Program-made: the position numbers and the translations under genes
NCBI GenBank assembly: GCA_038886535.1
Contig: JAVZXS010000001.1
Location: 64,001-128,000 of the forward strand
From: Candidatus Micrarchaeia archaeon
GTDB lineage: Archaea; Micrarchaeota; Micrarchaeia; CABMEP01
Length of the DNA stretch: 64,000 bases
Reading direction: 5' to 3'
Part shown: positions 58,760 through 64,000 of the stretch, piece by piece
How the letters are laid out: each line of letters opens with the position of its first letter
Numbering within the stretch: position 1 is the stretch's first letter
Notes under the pieces: generated by a model
The model's database searches: none
Told to the model about the DNA's origin: nothing
The model's input: the letters and a program-made list of their open reading frames with translations, nothing else

Positions 58760-60535
58760 ATGCCACTCAGACAACCAATAGTTTCAGTTTTAGGTCATGT
58801 AGATCACGGAAAAACGAGCATTCTTGATAGCATTCGTTCAACTACAATGGCATCAAGAGAAGCAGGGGCAATAACTCAGCATATAGGTGCAAGTGAGGTA
58901 CCCGTTTCTGTTATAAAGGAAAAATGCAGTCCTCTTTCAAAGTTCATGAAAATCAATCTTACTATTCCTGGATTACTTTTCATAGATACCCCAGGTCATG
59001 CTGCATTCACAAATCTAAGAAAAAGAGGGGGAAGTATAGCTGACATTGCAATACTTGTGGTAGATATAGCTCAAGGATTTCAACCACAGACAATAGAAGC
59101 GCTTGAGATATTAAAGGAGTATAAGACTCCATTCGTAGTGGCTGCAAACAAGATAGACTTGATAACTGGTTGGAGGACCAAAGAAAAGTCATGTTTTCTT
59201 GAATCTTTACCTTCTCAAAGATATGAAGTACAGAATGAATTAGATTCAAAGATTTATGAGCTAGTGGGAGAGCTTTCAAAGTTCAACATACAATCCGATA
59301 GATTTGATCGCATAACAGATTTTACTAAAACAGTAGCAATAGTACCAGTAAGTGCAAAAACGCAGGAAGGAATTCCAGAGCTTCTTATGATGATTTCAGG
59401 GCTTGCACAGAAATTTCTTGAATCACAACTTGAATCAAAATTTGGTCCTGGAAAGTGCAGCATAATGGAAGTAAAATTTGAGAAAGGTCTTGGAGTAACA
59501 GCAGACGTTATACTATATGAAGGAGTAATAAGAAAAGGAGATGAAATAATATTTGCAACAAAGAGCGGAATAAAAACAACAAAAATAAGAGGTCTTCTTA
59601 AGCCAAAACCTTTGATGGAGATGAGAGATGTCAAAGAGGCATCAGATAGATTTACTTATGTAGATGAAGTTTATGCAGCTTCTGGAATAAAGATATTTGC
59701 ACCAGATCTTGAAGATGCATTACCTGGTTCATCTCTTTATGTAGTCGGAAAGGATTCAGATCTAGGAAAAATAAAGGCTGAATTAGAAGAGGAGCTAAAA
59801 GAGATTCTCATAAAGACTGAAAATGTAGGAATGATAGTAAGAGCAGATACGCTTGGTTCTCTGGAGGCAATAATAAAACTTCTTGAATCCGACAAAACCA
59901 TAGAAGCAAAGATAAGGAAAGCCGATGTCGGTCCAGTTACTAAGGCCGATGTTCTCGAGGCATATTCTGTAAGGCAACAAGACAGATATTCAGGAGTCAT
60001 TCTTGCTTTTAACGTGTCTGTTGATCCTGAACTTGAAATAGAGTGTCAGCAGAAAGGAATCGGAATTATAAAGTCAAACATAATATATTCTCTTCTTGAT
60101 CAGCTCAAGCTTTGGAAAGAAGAAGAAAGAAAAAGAGAGCAGCAGGAGGCAGTTTCACAATATACATTTCCTGCTAAGATTAGATTTATACCTGGATATG
60201 CATTTAGGTCAAGCAAGCCTGCCATATTTGGAATAGAGGTTCTGATTGGAAGAATAAAGCAAGGAGATACATTGATAAAAGAAGATGGAACAGAGATAGG
60301 AACAATCAAGAGTATCCAGGTTGAAAAACAAAGCAAGACAGAACTTAAAGAAAAGGAACAGGCAGCAATTTCAATGGATGAGCCAACCATAGGAAGGCAT
60401 ATATTTGAAGGAGAAGTGTATTATACAAAGGTACCATTGAAAGATGCTCTTATTCTAAGAGATAAATACAAGTCACTATTGACAGGTCAGGAGCTAGATC
60501 TTTTGGATTTGATAATTAAGCTTACAAGAAAGTAA
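58760..60535 (+). CDS. infB: Translation initiation factor aIF5B (IF-2)
   Basis: LRQPIVSVLGHVDHGKT, ITQHIGA, DTPGH, NKID. Confidence 0.98.
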   Translation: MPLRQPIVSVLGHVDHGKTSILDSIRSTTMASREAGAITQHIGASEVPVSVIKEKCSPLSKFMKINLTIPGLLFIDTPGHAAFTNLRKRGGSIADIAILVVDIAQGFQPQTIEALEILKEYKTPFVVAANKIDLITGWRTKEKSCFLESLPSQRYEVQNELDSKIYELVGELSKFNIQSDRFDRITDFTKTVAIVPVSAKTQEGIPELLMMISGLAQKFLESQLESKFGPGKCSIMEVKFEKGLGVTADVILYEGVIRKGDEIIFATKSGIKTTKIRGLLKPKPLMEMRDVKEASDRFTYVDEVYAASGIKIFAPDLEDALPGSSLYVVGKDSDLGKIKAELEEELKEILIKTENVGMIVRADTLGSLEAIIKLLESDKTIEAKIRKADVGPVTKADVLEAYSVRQQDRYSGVILAFNVSVDPELEIECQQKGIGIIKSNIIYSLLDQLKLWKEEERKREQQEAVSQYTFPAKIRFIPGYAFRSSKPAIFGIEVLIGRIKQGDTLIKEDGTEIGTIKSIQVEKQSKTELKEKEQAAISMDEPTIGRHIFEGEVYYTKVPLKDALILRDKYKSLLTGQELDLLDLIIKLTRK

Positions 60536-60581
60536 TTCTTTAAACAGAAAGAATTAATATATTAAAAGACACCAAATAAAG

Positions 60582-60785
60582 TCATTCTACTACGAATGCA
60601 ACTTTACATACTATTCTATATTCTTCTATTTCTCCTTTTTTATTACAATGAACTTTTTGATCTACTATATGAATTCCAGTTATTCCTCTTATAGTTTTCG
60701 ATGCTCTTTTAACAACCTGTCTTAATGCATCATCGAACGATTTGTTTGATGTTCCGATCAATTCCACCACTTTCAATACAGCCAT
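60582..60785 (-). CDS. Dodecin family protein
   Basis: KVVELIGTSNKSFDDA..ASKTIR..EYRIVCKVAF. Confidence 0.9.
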   Translation of the reverse strand: MAVLKVVELIGTSNKSFDDALRQVVKRASKTIRGITGIHIVDQKVHCNKKGEIEEYRIVCKVAFVVE

Positions 60786-60883
60786 TCATTCACCCCGCTC
60801 ATACTGCAAATGCTTATTTAAACAACATTACAATAGTATTGCTTAAACGCTCAGTTATAAAAGTTTTGCGTATAAATATAATT

Positions 60884-62110
60884 ATGTCAAAAAATGCCAT
60901 TGATTCTAAAAAGTTGATTTCTAAAATTCATTTCATTTCAGAGAGAATATCAGATCTACCTCATTCTATTTTTTCTAAGTTCATAGGACTTAAAGGAAAG
61001 AATATAATATCTTTAGGCCCTGGAGAGCCAGACTTCGAAACTCCTAAGCATATCAAGGAAGCAGCAAAAAAGGCATTAGATGATAACTATACTCATTATG
61101 CTCCTACTGAAGGGTATCCTGATCTTTTAGAAGAAATTGGAAAGAAACTGAGGAGAAAAAACAACATAAAGCTGGATGATCCAACAAAACAGATATGCGT
61201 AACTGCAGGTTCAACAGAATCTTTACTTCTTTCTATGCTATGCTCTTTTGATTCTACTGAAAAAGTTTTGATTCCAAATCCTGGCTTTGCAACATATGGT
61301 CCTACTTTAGAAACAGTGGATGTAGTTCCCGTTCCATATTATCTTTTTGAAGACGATGGCTTTGAATTGAATTTAGATGATATAAAAAAGAAAATAACTC
61401 CAAAAACTAAAGGAATAATAATAAATTCTCCATCAAATCCAACTGGATCAGTATTCTCAAAATCAAAACTCGAAGAACTTGCAGATATTGCAGTTGAACA
61501 TAATCTTACGATAATAAGCGACGAAGCGTATGAAGATTTAGTTTTTAACGGAAAGAAACATTTTTCAATAGCTTCTCTTAATGGAATGGAAGAGTATGTA
61601 CTTTCAAATTTCACGTTTTCAAAATCATATGCAATGGCAGGATTTAGAATAGGCTACGTTGTAGGTCACGAAAAACTAATATCTCAAATGTCTAAAATTC
61701 ATCTTTATACATCAGTTTCAGCCTCTTCTATCTCACAACGCGCAGCATTAGCAGCTCTTAAAGGACCGCAAAGTTGTATAAAAGAAATGGTAACGGAGTA
61801 TGATAGAAGAAGGAAGTTCATAGTTAAAAGAATAAATGAAATAAAAGGTTTCGAGCTTAAGAAAATTCCAGAGGGTGCATTTTATATATTTCCAAAAATC
61901 AGATTTGATGAATTAGAAAAATATCCGTATAAAGATGGTTCTTCTGAGAAGTTCTCTCTATGGTTACTTGACAAAATAAAGGTTATTACAATACCTGGCA
62001 TAGAATTTGGTTATAATGGAGAAGGATTCATAAGAATAAGCTATGCAACAAATCTCAAAATGATAGAAGAAGCAATGGATAGATTTGAGAAGTTATTGGG
62101 TTCAAAGTAG
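60884..62110 (+). CDS. Class I/II PLP-dependent aminotransferase
   Basis: GEPDF, NSPSNPTG, SDEAY, FSKSYAMAGFRIG; start moved to ATG 60884. Confidence 0.93.
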   Translation: MSKNAIDSKKLISKIHFISERISDLPHSIFSKFIGLKGKNIISLGPGEPDFETPKHIKEAAKKALDDNYTHYAPTEGYPDLLEEIGKKLRRKNNIKLDDPTKQICVTAGSTESLLLSMLCSFDSTEKVLIPNPGFATYGPTLETVDVVPVPYYLFEDDGFELNLDDIKKKITPKTKGIIINSPSNPTGSVFSKSKLEELADIAVEHNLTIISDEAYEDLVFNGKKHFSIASLNGMEEYVLSNFTFSKSYAMAGFRIGYVVGHEKLISQMSKIHLYTSVSASSISQRAALAALKGPQSCIKEMVTEYDRRRKFIVKRINEIKGFELKKIPEGAFYIFPKIRFDELEKYPYKDGSSEKFSLWLLDKIKVITIPGIEFGYNGEGFIRISYATNLKMIEEAMDRFEKLLGSK

Positions 62111-62165
62111 TTGTAAATTTTAATATAGAATTTATATAATTGTAATTTAAGATTAGGGTGAAATC

Positions 62166-62996
62166 ATGGTAAAGGAGTTACTAAAAAAAATTAAATTAGG
62201 GAAAAGTAAGAATAATTCAAAGAAGAAGCAACATAAGATAAAACATATCATAAAGAATATAAGAGAGAAGATTTCTTCAAAAATACCAAAGATAAAGAAT
62301 CTAAAAGAGAAAAAGATTTTAAACCAAATAAAACTAAGCAAAGGCATTTCACCAAAGCAATTTGAAGTAATAACCCCAGATGGCGTTGATATAAAACTAA
62401 ACTTTTATGATACTCCAAACACTGACAAAGGAATAATACTCCTTCCAGTTTTAGGGAAGACTAAAGAATCAATGGATGGTTTGGCTCAATTTGTATGCAA
62501 ATTAGGATATAAAGCAGTAGCAGTAGATTATAGAGGACATGGCGGTAGTGCATTGAATTGGCAATCTTTCAGATCTAAAGACTTTGCAAACATGGTTTAT
62601 GATGCAAAAGCAGCGAAAGAATTTCTTGCAGCTCACAAAACAAAAACAATAGGTATAATTGGAGCAAGTATAGGTGCAAATGTAGCATTGAATTATTTGG
62701 CAATGGATCCACAGATAAAAACTGCAATACTTCTTTCTCCAGGTATAGATTACAGGGGAGTTAAAATAGATTACTCCATCCCAGACATAAAAGTGCCAAT
62801 TTTTATTTTTGCTAGCAAAGGAGATCAATATTCTTTTGTAAGTACCCAGCACATCCAGAAGTTATGTGGATCACCAAATATATGTGTTGATTTTTTGGAT
62901 GGAGAGATGCACGGTATGGAGTTGCTTTCAGATAGAAAAACAAGAAACTACATCTTAAACAAGATTGAAGCATGGTTAAAACAATATGTAAGATGA
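62166..62996 (+). CDS. Alpha/beta hydrolase with Lys-rich N-terminal extension
   Basis: DYRGHGGS, GASIG nucleophile elbow, SKGD, HG. Confidence 0.88.
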   Translation: MVKELLKKIKLGKSKNNSKKKQHKIKHIIKNIREKISSKIPKIKNLKEKKILNQIKLSKGISPKQFEVITPDGVDIKLNFYDTPNTDKGIILLPVLGKTKESMDGLAQFVCKLGYKAVAVDYRGHGGSALNWQSFRSKDFANMVYDAKAAKEFLAAHKTKTIGIIGASIGANVALNYLAMDPQIKTAILLSPGIDYRGVKIDYSIPDIKVPIFIFASKGDQYSFVSTQHIQKLCGSPNICVDFLDGEMHGMELLSDRKTRNYILNKIEAWLKQYVR

Positions 62997-63030
62997 CACA
63001 ACATATAATCAAAAGATTGATAGCAATAAA

Positions 63031-63939
63031 TCATCTTATTTTATGCTTTCTTGCATACATATAAAGGAATTGTTGTGCCAGTCCTGCATTTCCATTCCAT
63101 TTATGGATTGCAAATTCTCTAATATCTTTATCTGTTATTTTATCTGTTTTTCTTCCCTTTTTTTCAAGATAATTTTTTATCTCTTTTTTATACAACTTCT
63201 TCATAATCCTACCTATCCATACATCTATCGGAAATGCCTCCCCTTTTCCATAGCCAAACAACAAAATGCAGTCTGCAACCTTTTCTCCTACACCTGGCAA
63301 TCTAGTTAATCTTTCTTTTCCAGCTTTATATTCTTCCTTTTCGATTTCTTTAAACCACTTTTCAGAAGTTCTTTTTGCTATTTCATGCAAGTATTTATCT
63401 CTAAATCCAAGACCACATTTTCTTAGCTTATACAAATCAGATTTTCTTATATCTTTTATAGATGGAAATAGATATAGTCGTTGTTCTTTGTTTATTTCTG
63501 TTCCATGCGTTTCCTTTATCTTTTCAACAATTTTTTCTATTCTAGGAATATTTGAAAAACTACTGCACACAAATGTAGCAGTACAGTACCACGGTTCTTG
63601 TCTGATGATTCTAAGTCCTTTGAATTCTTTTATTGCGTTTTTTAGTATTCTATCTTTGGAAAGTTCAACATAAATATCTTTGATTTTTTTTGAAGGAATG
63701 TCTAATGTGAAATATTTCTTTATCTTCTTTTTAATATCTCTATCTTTTCCATATAATAGTTCAAATTCTAATCTGTTTGATTTTTGCCTTAACTTTACAA
63801 AATTGCCATAAATCTCACCAATCCACCATTCATTCATTCTTTTCCATCCAAAAACCTGTCCACTATTCAGCGTCACGTTTAAATCAAATAGTTCTACCGG
63901 GATACTTCCTTTCTTTAAAATTCGAGATCTAATGGACAT
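63031..63939 (-). CDS. ogg1: 8-oxoguanine DNA glycosylase/AP lyase (OGG1 type)
   Basis: TLNSGQVFGW, GLRIIRQEPW, GLGFR, LPGVGEKVADC, FPIDVW. Confidence 0.92.
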   Translation of the reverse strand: MSIRSRILKKGSIPVELFDLNVTLNSGQVFGWKRMNEWWIGEIYGNFVKLRQKSNRLEFELLYGKDRDIKKKIKKYFTLDIPSKKIKDIYVELSKDRILKNAIKEFKGLRIIRQEPWYCTATFVCSSFSNIPRIEKIVEKIKETHGTEINKEQRLYLFPSIKDIRKSDLYKLRKCGLGFRDKYLHEIAKRTSEKWFKEIEKEEYKAGKERLTRLPGVGEKVADCILLFGYGKGEAFPIDVWIGRIMKKLYKKEIKNYLEKKGRKTDKITDKDIREFAIHKWNGNAGLAQQFLYMYARKHKIR

Positions 63940-64000
63940 ATCTACACCGTATTATTAGATACATAACTTGAGAGAGGAACATATAAAATCATTTACATAG

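Noticed and set aside
60725..60883. Aminotransferase extension overlapping dodecin
   Set aside because: Family similarity starts near ATG 60884
4274..62110. Genome-wide TAG reassignment
   Set aside because: Conserved genes such as slyD and the aminotransferase end in TAG at plausible lengths; only one internal TAG was found
1938..63673. Many antisense and alternate-frame ORFs in the track (e.g. 5048-5482, 18435-18821, 51743-52243)
   Set aside because: F/S/L/I-rich shadows of K/E-rich genes on the opposite strand; no motifs
1..64000. CRISPR arrays, IS elements, proviral or defence genes, inteins
   Set aside because: No repeat-spacer arrays and no transposase, integrase, capsid or intein motifs recognised

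Overview
AT-rich archaeal chromosomal window; gene content (form III RuBisCO, Sm protein, exosome/proteasome superoperon, GGTGA-type SD, compact genes, many orphans) suggests a DPANN lineage, probably Micrarchaeota-like (inference). Housekeeping: ppsA (partial), trm5, rpl15e-rnp3-rnp2 ... psmA-sdo1-rrp4-rrp41-rrp42-rpl37ae-rpoP-Brix-pcc1-pfdB, slyD, mscL, cysK, proS, aIF5B, GGGPS, ogg1, and five tRNAs (Val-TAC, Ala-GGC, Thr-CGT with a non-canonical 30/31 BHB intron, Gln-CTG, Val-GAC). Metabolism: IorAB + ferredoxin converging on a two-subunit group-3-like [NiFe]-hydrogenase; a coupled RibB-like / TPP-dependent E1alpha / E1beta operon without adjacent E2/E3; three tandem deoxynucleoside kinases. 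An orphan-rich region (about 7.2-25 kb) splits the conserved superoperon and holds two very large proteins that share an N-terminal block (28-bp identical inverted repeat) and end in beta-barrel-like domains. Not in the ORF track: a C/D-box sRNA whose guide fits 23S Gm2251, RpoP, a Cys-rich miniprotein, an amber-interrupted DUF3175 gene and a probable ATT start for MscL. No CRISPR array, rRNA, transposase or integrase was seen. All family calls are from motif recognition, not database searches.
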